Shown one piece after another: positions 9,033-17,044 of a DNA stretch of 64,000 nt (within the stretch, counting starts at the first letter, position 1; each line of letters starts with the position of its first letter). Source of the stretch: Phycisphaerae bacterium (GTDB taxonomy: Bacteria > Planctomycetota > Phycisphaerae > FEN-1346 > JAACEH01); the NCBI GenBank assembly GCA_041690105.1, contig JAWLHX010000005.1, positions 1,551-65,550 on the forward strand, read 5' to 3'. The position numbers and the translations under genes are program-made. The notes under the pieces were generated by a model. It had not been told where the DNA came from. It did no database searches and saw nothing but the letters and a program-made list of their open reading frames with translations.

Positions 9033-10124
9033 ATGAGTAACATGCTTCGCGTTGGCATCATCGGCAGTGGGAGTTGGGCCCGGTTCCATGCCCGCTGCCT
9101 GCAGGAAATCGAAAACGTTTCGCTGATCGCCTGCTGCGACGTGCACGACGAAACCTGCCAGTCGTTCGCCAAGGATTTCAAAATCGAGTCGACCTACAGC
9201 GATTACCGCGAAATGCTGGAAAAGGAAGATCTGGACGCCGTCAGCATTGTGGCCAGCGACGTGGTGCACTGCCCGGCTGCCCTGGCCGCACTCGACCGCG
9301 GGTTGCACGTCATGTGTGAGAAGCCCATGGCCGTCACGCTCGATGAAGCCGAGCAGATGTATGCCGCCGCCACAAAGGCCGGCACCATGAACATGATCCA
9401 GTTCAGCTATCGCTCGGCCCCCGCACTTGAACAGGCGCGTCAACTGGTGGCCGAGGGACGGCTCGGGCGCATAATGCACGTTGAGGCCTCGTACCTGCAG
9501 TCGTGGCTGGTCTCTAACGCCTGGGGCGATTGGCGGAAAAGCTCGGCCTGGCTCTGGCGCCAGAGCAAAGCCCACCACGGCGGGACGCTGGTGGACATCG
9601 GTTGCCACATTTTCGACTTCGCCGCATACGTTGCCGGAGACATTACCGAGGTCTCCTGCTCGATGAAGAACTTCGAGAAGACGCCCGGCAACATCCACGG
9701 TGAATGGACCCTTGATGCCGATGACAGCTTCGTCTGCCGGACAGGTTTTGCCAACGGCGCAATCGGTGTCGTGCACAGCTCGCGATGGGCCACCGGCCAT
9801 CTCAACTCGCTCCGCCTGAGGGTCTTCGGCGACAAGGGCGGCTTGGCGATCGATACCGACCGTGGCAATGATAAGCTCAGCGTATGCGTGGACGATTTCC
9901 ACACCCAGAACGCTCTCTGGACCGAGATGCCGGTCAAACTGACCGTGCCCAACAACTTTGTCCGCTTCATCCGCAGCATTCGTTCGGGCAAGGCCGAGGG
10001 TGCGACTTTTGAGGATGGCCTGAAGATTCAGCGCGTGCTGGACGCCTGCGTACGCTCCAGCAAAGAGGGCCGCTGCGTAAGCCTCCCGGCCAACGCCGAA
10101 GAGACCGCCGCCGCCAGCGTCTGA
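9033..10124 (+). CDS. Gfo/Idh/MocA family oxidoreductase
   Basis: VGIIGSGSWA Rossmann motif, HVMCEKPMA, GTLVDIGCHIFD, HSSRWATG. Confidence 0.93.
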   Translation: MSNMLRVGIIGSGSWARFHARCLQEIENVSLIACCDVHDETCQSFAKDFKIESTYSDYREMLEKEDLDAVSIVASDVVHCPAALAALDRGLHVMCEKPMAVTLDEAEQMYAAATKAGTMNMIQFSYRSAPALEQARQLVAEGRLGRIMHVEASYLQSWLVSNAWGDWRKSSAWLWRQSKAHHGGTLVDIGCHIFDFAAYVAGDITEVSCSMKNFEKTPGNIHGEWTLDADDSFVCRTGFANGAIGVVHSSRWATGHLNSLRLRVFGDKGGLAIDTDRGNDKLSVCVDDFHTQNALWTEMPVKLTVPNNFVRFIRSIRSGKAEGATFEDGLKIQRVLDACVRSSKEGRCVSLPANAEETAAASV

Positions 10125-10158
10125 TGCGCAAGGCTTGATGCCTCAGTGAAGAAACAAT

Positions 10159-10208
10159 AAAAAGGTGCCGCGAGCTGGAACAATCAGCCGCGACACCTTT
10201 TTGTTTTT
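10159..10208. terminator. Bidirectional intrinsic terminator
   Basis: AAAAAGGTG-CCGCG...CGCGA-CACCTTTTTG hairpin with A and T tracts, between convergent genes. Confidence 0.7.
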
Positions 10209-10236
10209 GAGATTTTCCGCTACCCGTCATCCCGTC

Positions 10237-10267
10237 GGGTGCCACCCACAAACTCGTTTGTGGGTGC
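10237..10267. repeat. REP-like palindrome, copy 1
   Basis: GGGTGCCACCCACAAAC-TC-GTTTGTGGGTG; a related copy lies inverted at 27086-27121. Confidence 0.65.
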
Positions 10268-10329
10268 TCTACCTCAACCGTGACTAATTCAGCATATAAC
10301 AACATGAACCACAGCCAACTAGACCTGCA

Positions 10330-11010
10330 TCAACCTTGCAACAACGGATCAACAATACCGGCCTCGGCAAAGGCACTGCTTCGCAATTCGCAGCTCGAGC
10401 AATCCTGGCAAGGCACATCTTCCTGCCTGTAGCACGACCAGGTCAGCTCGAAGGGGGCATTAAGCCGGTCGCCCAGGCGGACAATCTCCGGCTTGCTCAA
10501 CTTTATCAGCGGCCCCTCCACCCGGATATTTGTCTCGGGACGGGTGCCCTGGCGAATCAGGGCGTTCATGGACTCAAGGTACTCGGCCCGGCAATCGGGG
10601 TAGCCGGGAGCATCCTCCTCCACCACGCCGATGAAAATCTTCTCGGCACCAAGCACTTCGCCCCAGCTCACAGCAATGCTGATCAGGTGCGTGTTGCGGA
10701 AAGGCACGTACGAGGCCGGCACGCCCCCACTGTGCTGCCCCTTGCGCGGGACCTCGATGCGACTATCAGTCAGGGCGCTGCCGCCAATCTCGGCCAGGTA
10801 TCGCACGTCGGCCACCAGGCGGTGCTTTACATCGTAATAGCCGGCAATCTGGTAAAAGCTGATGAGCTCGCGGGCCTCGGTCCGCTGGCCGTAATTAACG
10901 TGCAGCAAGGCCAGCTCGTAGCCCTCATCGGCGGCCACGGCGGCGGTGACGCAGGAATCCATGCCCCCGCTCAGCAGCACGATGGCCAGCTTATTGTCGC
11001 CCTTGTCCAT
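10330..11010 (-). CDS. queC: 7-cyano-7-deazaguanine synthase
   Basis: LLSGGMDS, YGQR, YVPFRN, YPDCR, TWSCY, CQDCSSCELR. Confidence 0.96.
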   Translation of the reverse strand: MDKGDNKLAIVLLSGGMDSCVTAAVAADEGYELALLHVNYGQRTEARELISFYQIAGYYDVKHRLVADVRYLAEIGGSALTDSRIEVPRKGQHSGGVPASYVPFRNTHLISIAVSWGEVLGAEKIFIGVVEEDAPGYPDCRAEYLESMNALIRQGTRPETNIRVEGPLIKLSKPEIVRLGDRLNAPFELTWSCYRQEDVPCQDCSSCELRSSAFAEAGIVDPLLQG

Positions 11011-11889
11011 CTATCCGCCTTTCCGGTTGCCTATCAGCATAGCCTGCCGACCGGCCCTGCCGCCGTCGCGCCTGTAACTGTGCAGACGGCTGTCGCAATG
11101 CGTGCAGTGGCCACTCAACATAATATTTTCTGATAACAGCCCCAGCGACACCAGTTGATAACATAGCACCGCCTCCAGATCAAGATGCAGTCCACCGTCC
11201 AGCGGCACAAAATGTTCCGGCAGTGCCCGGCCATCCGGCAGCAACTGGCCCTTTAGATCGGCCCCGACCTGGTAGCAGCACGGGCCGATGCTCGGGCCGA
11301 CCAAAGCCCGCAAGCTATTCACCCGCGCTCCGCGGGAGATCATCAGCTCGACAGTAGCCTGCAGCACACCCGCCGCCAACCCACGCCAGCCGGCATGGGC
11401 CACGGCCACCAGCGGCTTGCGGTGGGCGGCATCATTATCACGACCATGCCCCTGCTCTTCCCACAGCGCCACCAGCGGACAATCGGCCGATAGCGCAACC
11501 AGGGCCACCTGCTGGTCGTCGGTAACCAGGGCGTCGGCCCCGGCGATTGCGCCACTGCGCTCTGACAGACCGGCCCCGGCGTCGGCCGAATCCACCCATG
11601 ACGCCCGCCCGGCATGTACCTGCTCCATGAAGACAAGTTGCTGCCCGGCGAGTCCCGCCAGTTCAGCCAGGCGCTCGCGATCGGCCGGAGATGCTGCCCG
11701 ACCGTCGGCCGCGTAGCCAAGATCAGGCCGATGCTGCGACCCGCCTATTGTGAAGGCGATAAAGGGGCCGTCGGGCGAGCACACATCCGGAGCGGGACGC
11801 AAGTGTGGCAGATTATCCGCCCCCTGCCCGTCGGCCGAAACCATTGCCCAGGGACTGCCCGATGCTCGTGTTGGAGTGCTGGAGCTCAT
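11011..11889 (-). CDS. pgeF: YfiH/PgeF (laccase-domain, purine nucleoside phosphorylase-like) protein
   Basis: EQVH, ADALVT, SADCPLV, AHAGWRG, GPSIGPCCYQVG, HCT...SYRRDG. ATGA overlap with the upstream ADH stop. Confidence 0.9.
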   Translation of the reverse strand: MSSSTPTRASGSPWAMVSADGQGADNLPHLRPAPDVCSPDGPFIAFTIGGSQHRPDLGYAADGRAASPADRERLAELAGLAGQQLVFMEQVHAGRASWVDSADAGAGLSERSGAIAGADALVTDDQQVALVALSADCPLVALWEEQGHGRDNDAAHRKPLVAVAHAGWRGLAAGVLQATVELMISRGARVNSLRALVGPSIGPCCYQVGADLKGQLLPDGRALPEHFVPLDGGLHLDLEAVLCYQLVSLGLLSENIMLSGHCTHCDSRLHSYRRDGGRAGRQAMLIGNRKGG

Positions 11890-12860
11890 TTGCCGCCACT
11901 GTTGCGCAGGACGATTTTCAGATTCTCGGGCCGCTGGGCCGCCTCGAAGGCCTCCGCGGCCTTTTCCAGCGGAAAGCTGCCGCTAATAAGCCCGTCCAGG
12001 TTGATGCTGCCTTCATTCAGGGCGGCAATGGCCTGCGGAAATGGTCCGCAGCGCGAGCCAAGTACCGTTATCTCGTTAACCACCACTGGAGCCAGGTTGA
12101 TTCCACTATCGGCGGCAATGGTGCTTTTGAGCACAATTGTGCCGCGCGAGCGGACGTAATCCATAGCCATCCTGAAACCGTCGGCGCTGCCACTGGCCTC
12201 AACCACCAGGTGGGCATCGTTGCGCGGGCGAGCCTCGTCGACCGTCAGGCAACTTATGCCCATACGCTCCAGCCGGCGGAGTTTCTCGGCGTGTTTGCCG
12301 ATAACCAGCGGGCGCACACCGTGCGACTGCATTACCTGGGCAATAAGCTGACCGAGTCGCCCATCGCCAATTACCACGCTCTGCTGCCGGGGGTTAAGCT
12401 TAACCTGCTGGGCCACCTGGAAGGCGGCCGCCAGAGGTTCCACCAGCACGGCCTCCTCGTCCGACACGCCGTCGGCAATGCGATGCACATTATCAACCGG
12501 GATGGCCACCCGCTGCGCCATGCAGCCATCGCGCCCGCTGATGCCCAGAACAGTACGCCGCTGGCAATGAGTGCTGAGGCCCATGCGGCACATTTCGCAC
12601 TGCCCGCACACGCAGTTGATTTCGCCCACCACGCGTCGGCCAACCAAGGGCCGGCCTTCGTGCCCGCCGCAGGAGCGTACCGTGCCCACGAACTCGTGCC
12701 CCAGAACGCCCCGGAAGTCCATGTAGCCGCGCGTAATTTCAATGTCGGTCTGGCAGATGCCCGCCAGGTGCACGTCGACGATGACCTCCTGGGCCGCGGC
12801 CACAGGCTCCGGATAATCGTCGACCACTCGAAGTTTCCCATCAAAGACGACAGCCTTCAC
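11886..12860 (-). CDS. Zn-dependent medium-chain alcohol dehydrogenase family protein
   Basis: GICQTD, GHEFVG, CGQCEMC...HC structural Zn site, EPLAAA, IGDGRLG. Confidence 0.93.
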   Translation of the reverse strand: MKAVVFDGKLRVVDDYPEPVAAAQEVIVDVHLAGICQTDIEITRGYMDFRGVLGHEFVGTVRSCGGHEGRPLVGRRVVGEINCVCGQCEMCRMGLSTHCQRRTVLGISGRDGCMAQRVAIPVDNVHRIADGVSDEEAVLVEPLAAAFQVAQQVKLNPRQQSVVIGDGRLGQLIAQVMQSHGVRPLVIGKHAEKLRRLERMGISCLTVDEARPRNDAHLVVEASGSADGFRMAMDYVRSRGTIVLKSTIAADSGINLAPVVVNEITVLGSRCGPFPQAIAALNEGSINLDGLISGSFPLEKAAEAFEAAQRPENLKIVLRNSGGK

Positions 12861-12891
12861 TCGATCCTCTCCATTTCGGCCGAAACGCTGC

Positions 12892-13704
12892 TCAGTCGAA
12901 CGGACCTTCTTCGCGCTCCAGCGGGAAAAGGTCGCCGAGTATCTGCCGCGTCTTCTGCTGACGTTCTTCGGTCATGCCCAGGGTCGGCTCGGCCGCTTTG
13001 CGCTGCTTGGGCGGATTACCGTAATCGGCCAGCGGATTTTCAGTTTCCTGCAGATAGCTCGCCCAGGCCTCGCGATCGTAGCCGAAATCGTGCCCGGTCA
13101 TGTATCGCAGGCTATCGGCCGCATAATAGCGGACGGCCGGGTCGTCTTCGCTCGGCTCCAGGGCTACCAGCAGAGCCTCGGCCGACTGCCCGTCACGATG
13201 CTGGCGAAGGGACTGCGCCGCTGCCAGGCGCACATCGGAACGCGGGTCGCCACGCAGTGCACCGGCCAGGGCAGCCTGGGCCTCGTTGCTTTCGATCTCA
13301 CCCAAAGCTTGGGCACATTCGCTGCGGACATGAACATCGGGGTCTTTCTCCAGGCACAGTCGCAGCTCTTCGACACTGCTCTGCCGCCCCCAGATGCCCA
13401 GCGTCCGGGCCACCTGGGCCCGCACCAGCGGATCGGTCTCGCCCAGCAGGCTCAGTTCGACCAGGTCGACCAGTTCTTCGCCCGGATCGCTCCACCTGCT
13501 CATCTCGTAGAAGGCTTTGCGCCGGGCGTCGGCATCGTCCTGATCGACCGAAGCCTCGATAACCGCCGCTCGCTTGCTGCCGGATGTCCCGAAAGGCGAG
13601 CCCAGTTCGTATTCCTGACCGTCGTAACAGCCTGCCAGCGTCGCCACCAACAGTGTGGCCGCCAACAGCATCTGTGCCCCGGGGCGCCTGCCGCTTGTGA
13701 TCAT
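12892..13704 (-). CDS. HEAT-repeat lipoprotein
   Basis: Lipobox LAGC; repeated DPxVRxxAAxxL units (DPLVRAQVARTL, DVHVRSECAQAL, DVRLAAAQSL, DPAVRYYAADSL). Confidence 0.85.
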   Translation of the reverse strand: MITSGRRPGAQMLLAATLLVATLAGCYDGQEYELGSPFGTSGSKRAAVIEASVDQDDADARRKAFYEMSRWSDPGEELVDLVELSLLGETDPLVRAQVARTLGIWGRQSSVEELRLCLEKDPDVHVRSECAQALGEIESNEAQAALAGALRGDPRSDVRLAAAQSLRQHRDGQSAEALLVALEPSEDDPAVRYYAADSLRYMTGHDFGYDREAWASYLQETENPLADYGNPPKQRKAAEPTLGMTEERQQKTRQILGDLFPLEREEGPFD

Positions 13705-13713
13705 CTTCTCACC

Positions 13714-14577
13714 TCAACTGGTAGTGTTTAACTGCTCCGTCCGGCAAATGGCCGGATGCTCATTCAGGAAGAAGTCATCCGGCTCAACCAGTGTAACATC
13801 GCGCAGGGTCTCGCCCTGCATGAATCGTTCGCCAATGGCCCGGAACCGGTCCGGATTATCGCTGACATAACAGCGCAGGCCGCCGGCAGAACCATCTGGA
13901 GCCATAAGTTGCTGACGCTCCAGCATTTGCAGAACATCGCTGGCAACCTCTTCGGCCGAATCGACCAGGCTGACCTGCGGCCCCATGAAGTCGGCCAGGG
14001 CCTCCTTCAGCAACGGATAATGCGTGCAGCCGAGCACCAGGGACGATATCCGCCCCTTAACCGGTTCGAGGTACTCGCCCACAGCGGCCCGCACAATGGG
14101 GTCGGCAACGCTGCGACCTTCCTCCACCAGGGGCACCAGCAGGGGACAGGCACGTTCCCATATCTCATTGCGGCAACCAAGGTTACGAATTGCACGATAA
14201 TAGCTGCGAGAGGCTATGGTCGATTCCGTGCCGACAATGCCTATGGCCCCATCGGCCGGGCAGTCGGCCACCGCCCGGCGGGCGCCGGGTTCAATAACTC
14301 CAACCACCGGCAGCGAAGCGGCTTGCGATACGACATCCAAGCCCGCCGCCGTGGCCGTGTTGCAGGCCACGACAATCATCTTCAGGTCGAATCGCATCAG
14401 GAACTGCGTGTTCTGCAGGCTGTATCGGCGGACGGTGATAGGGCTTTTTGTGCCGTAAGGCACGCGGGCTGTGTCGCCAAAGTAGATGAATCGCTCTTTT
14501 GGCAACTTTCGGCGCAGGGCGGCCAGCACTGTCAAGCCGCCTATGCCGCTGTCAAATACACCAATAGCCCGGTGCAT
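13714..14577 (-). CDS. murI: Glutamate racemase
   Basis: IGVFDSGIGGLTV, GDTARVPYGTKS, VVACNTAT, VLGCTHYPLL. Start at ATG 14577. Confidence 0.97.
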   Translation of the reverse strand: MHRAIGVFDSGIGGLTVLAALRRKLPKERFIYFGDTARVPYGTKSPITVRRYSLQNTQFLMRFDLKMIVVACNTATAAGLDVVSQAASLPVVGVIEPGARRAVADCPADGAIGIVGTESTIASRSYYRAIRNLGCRNEIWERACPLLVPLVEEGRSVADPIVRAAVGEYLEPVKGRISSLVLGCTHYPLLKEALADFMGPQVSLVDSAEEVASDVLQMLERQQLMAPDGSAGGLRCYVSDNPDRFRAIGERFMQGETLRDVTLVEPDDFFLNEHPAICRTEQLNTTS

Positions 14578-14737
14578 GGCCCGCCTCTCGTGAGAAATTC
14601 CGGATAAAAATCTTTGCCGTCGCAGAAGATTTACCGGAGGCATCATAAGTGGGCAAAAGGCTTAATGCAAGCGATTAAGAGGCCATCGGGGGAGACCTGC
14701 GTCCGATAACTCTGCTCTATCTGCCATTATGCCACTC

Positions 14738-14767
14738 TTGACATTTAGTCTTCCCAAATGCTATATT
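14738..14767 (+). promoter_or_regulatory. Putative sigma70 promoter of dksA-lspA-ribD
   Basis: TTGACA (14738), 18 bp spacer, extended -10 TGcTATATT. Confidence 0.55.
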
Positions 14768-14822
14768 GTAAGGCTCAAGTGCCCTGCTGTCCTTTGTCGG
14801 GAGAGAACAAGGAGCTTTTGGA

Positions 14823-15194
14823 ATGCGCAAAGAAGAGTTGCAACGTTTCCGCAAGCTGCTGCTGGCCAAACGGGCCCTGATTTCCGGAGACGTAAGTACT
14901 TTACAGCGTGAGGCTTTGCGTCAGGGACGCGGAGACTCGGGAACATCCAGTATGCCTATTCACATGGCAGACCTGGGAAGCGATAACTTTGAACAGGAAT
15001 TCGCTCTCGGATTGATCGAAAACGAAGAGATTACTCTTCGTGAAATCGACATCGCACTGGCTGCCATTGACGACGGAACATACGGCATCTGCTCAGCTTG
15101 CTCAAAGAAGATCCCGGTTGCCCGCCTGAAGGCTAAGCCACAGGCCAAGTTATGCATCGATTGCAGAAGACTGGAAGAGAAGGGCCTGCTCTAA
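14823..15194 (+). CDS. TraR/DksA family C4 zinc-finger regulator
   Basis: Coiled-coil N-terminus, HMADLGSD, GTYGICSAC...RL.A.P.A.LCIDC. Confidence 0.93.
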   Translation: MRKEELQRFRKLLLAKRALISGDVSTLQREALRQGRGDSGTSSMPIHMADLGSDNFEQEFALGLIENEEITLREIDIALAAIDDGTYGICSACSKKIPVARLKAKPQAKLCIDCRRLEEKGLL

Positions 15195-15805
15195 AATCGG
15201 CTGCCGCATGGATCCGTTTCGCGGTCATTGTAATTGCCGCGTCGGCTGCCGATCTGTGGACCAAGGCCTGGGCTCAGCACTGGCTTGAAACCGGCAACCG
15301 GTATGCCGATGCTCAGGGTGCGCCCCGGCACAGCCTGCCACTGCTCGATCTGCTATGGCAGGCAAACCACGGGGCCGTCTTCGGCATTGGCCAGCACCGG
15401 ACGGGCCTCTTCATCGTCTTTACGCTGGCCGCCCTCGGCCTGCTCGCCTGGCTTTACGCCCAGAGCCGACGCCGGGCATTTATCATGCAGATTATGCTGT
15501 CGCTGATTGTAGCCGGAGCCCTGGGCAACCTCTACGACCGGGTCACCTTTGGCTTTGTGCGGGATTTTCTGCGACTTAAAGCCACGGCCGACTGGGCCTT
15601 CTGGGGCGGGCCGGAAGGTTACCTCTGGCCCTACGTCTTCAATGTGGCCGACGTCTGGATCAGCATTGGCGTAGTCGGCCTGGCCATCCTCTGGCTGCTG
15701 GGCGAACCCGTTTGCGGGCAAAAGTGCGCCGGCGGCAAGGAGCAGAGCGAGGCCGAGACGCAAAAGAAGCCCTCCCCTTCATCACCATCAGACAAAGCGA
15801 GCTAG
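15152..15805 (+). CDS. lspA: Lipoprotein signal peptidase II (start uncertain)
   Basis: DLWTK, NHGAVFG, GALGNLYDR, VRDFL, VFNVAD. Confidence 0.93.
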   Translation: MHRLQKTGREGPALKSAAAWIRFAVIVIAASAADLWTKAWAQHWLETGNRYADAQGAPRHSLPLLDLLWQANHGAVFGIGQHRTGLFIVFTLAALGLLAWLYAQSRRRAFIMQIMLSLIVAGALGNLYDRVTFGFVRDFLRLKATADWAFWGGPEGYLWPYVFNVADVWISIGVVGLAILWLLGEPVCGQKCAGGKEQSEAETQKKPSPSSPSDKAS

Positions 15806-15811
15806 GTTGCC

Positions 15812-16972
15812 ATGGACCCACGCGACACCCAGAGCCAGACAGATCTGCGGTGGATGCGGCAAGCCCTCGAGATTTCCCGCCGGGGCCTTGGCGGGGTCGA
15901 ACCGAACCCGAAGGTCGGGGCGGTTGTGGCCGATGGCGAGCAGTTCATCTCCGAGGGCTGGCACCAGCGTTTTGGCGGTCCGCATGCCGAGGTAATGGCC
16001 CTGGAAGCCGCCGGCGAGCGTGCCCGCGGGGCAACTATCTACGTTACCCTTGAGCCCTGCTGCCATCACGGCAAAACGCCCCCCTGCAGTGATCGAGTGT
16101 TGGCCAGTGGAGTTCGCCGAGTGGTGGTTGCTATGTGCGACCCATTCGGCAAAGTTTGCGGCCAGGGCATTGCCATGCTGCAGGCGGCCGGGCTTGAAGT
16201 TGTGCTCGGAGTGCTGGAAGACGAGGCCCGCCTGCTGAACCAACCGTTCATCAAGTACGTGACAACCAGCCGTCCTTACGTTACGGCCAAGTGGGCCATG
16301 ACACTCGATGGTCGCCTGGCCAGCAGCACGGGCGACTCCCGGTGGATCAGCGGCCCGGCCAGTCGCCAGTGGGTCCACAGTCTGCGCAGTCGCATGGACG
16401 CCATAATTGTTGGTGCCGGCACGGCCCTGGCCGATGATCCGATGCTGAATGTCAGGCTGGCCCCACAGGCAGCCGAAGCCGAAGCCGCATACCCTGATTA
16501 CGGTCGTCGTCCGCTGCGCGTGGTGCTCGATGAGGGGCTGGAACTTTCGCCCCAAAGCAAACTGGTCGGCAGCGCCCGGGAGATTCCGCTGCTGCTGGTT
16601 ACCGTGGATGAAAGCCTGCTTGCCAGCGATGCCGCCCAAGCCCTTAGAGCGGCCGGGGCCGAAATCATCGCCCTGCCGGCCTCAGCTTCGCGAATATCGA
16701 TTGATGGCTTGCTGGCCGAGCTTGGCCGTCGCGGCTTGACGAATGTATTGGTTGAAGGTGGACGCGCAACGCTGGACAGCTTTTTTGCAGCCGAGGTCAT
16801 CGACAGCCTGGCCGTGTTTATTGCACCAAAGTTGATTGGCGGCGAGCCCTGTCATGTCGCCCCCGGCCCGCTTGGGCTCAGCCAGATGTCAAGCGCCCTC
16901 AGCATTATCAATCCAGCCTATTCGCCCATCGGCGATGATCTGCTGGTGACCGGCCTGCTGCGCCAGTACTGA
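15812..16972 (+). CDS. ribD: Bifunctional riboflavin biosynthesis deaminase/reductase
   Basis: PNPKVGAV, PHAEV, VTLEPCCHHGKTPPC, KWAMTLDG, DAIIVGAGT, VLVEGG. Confidence 0.97.
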   Translation: MDPRDTQSQTDLRWMRQALEISRRGLGGVEPNPKVGAVVADGEQFISEGWHQRFGGPHAEVMALEAAGERARGATIYVTLEPCCHHGKTPPCSDRVLASGVRRVVVAMCDPFGKVCGQGIAMLQAAGLEVVLGVLEDEARLLNQPFIKYVTTSRPYVTAKWAMTLDGRLASSTGDSRWISGPASRQWVHSLRSRMDAIIVGAGTALADDPMLNVRLAPQAAEAEAAYPDYGRRPLRVVLDEGLELSPQSKLVGSAREIPLLLVTVDESLLASDAAQALRAAGAEIIALPASASRISIDGLLAELGRRGLTNVLVEGGRATLDSFFAAEVIDSLAVFIAPKLIGGEPCHVAPGPLGLSQMSSALSIINPAYSPIGDDLLVTGLLRQY

Positions 16973-17044
16973 ACAACTTGCGGCGGTGGTCAGGCCCGGG
17001 CACAACTAACGCATCCGTGGGCACTATCTCAACCACACGCACAA

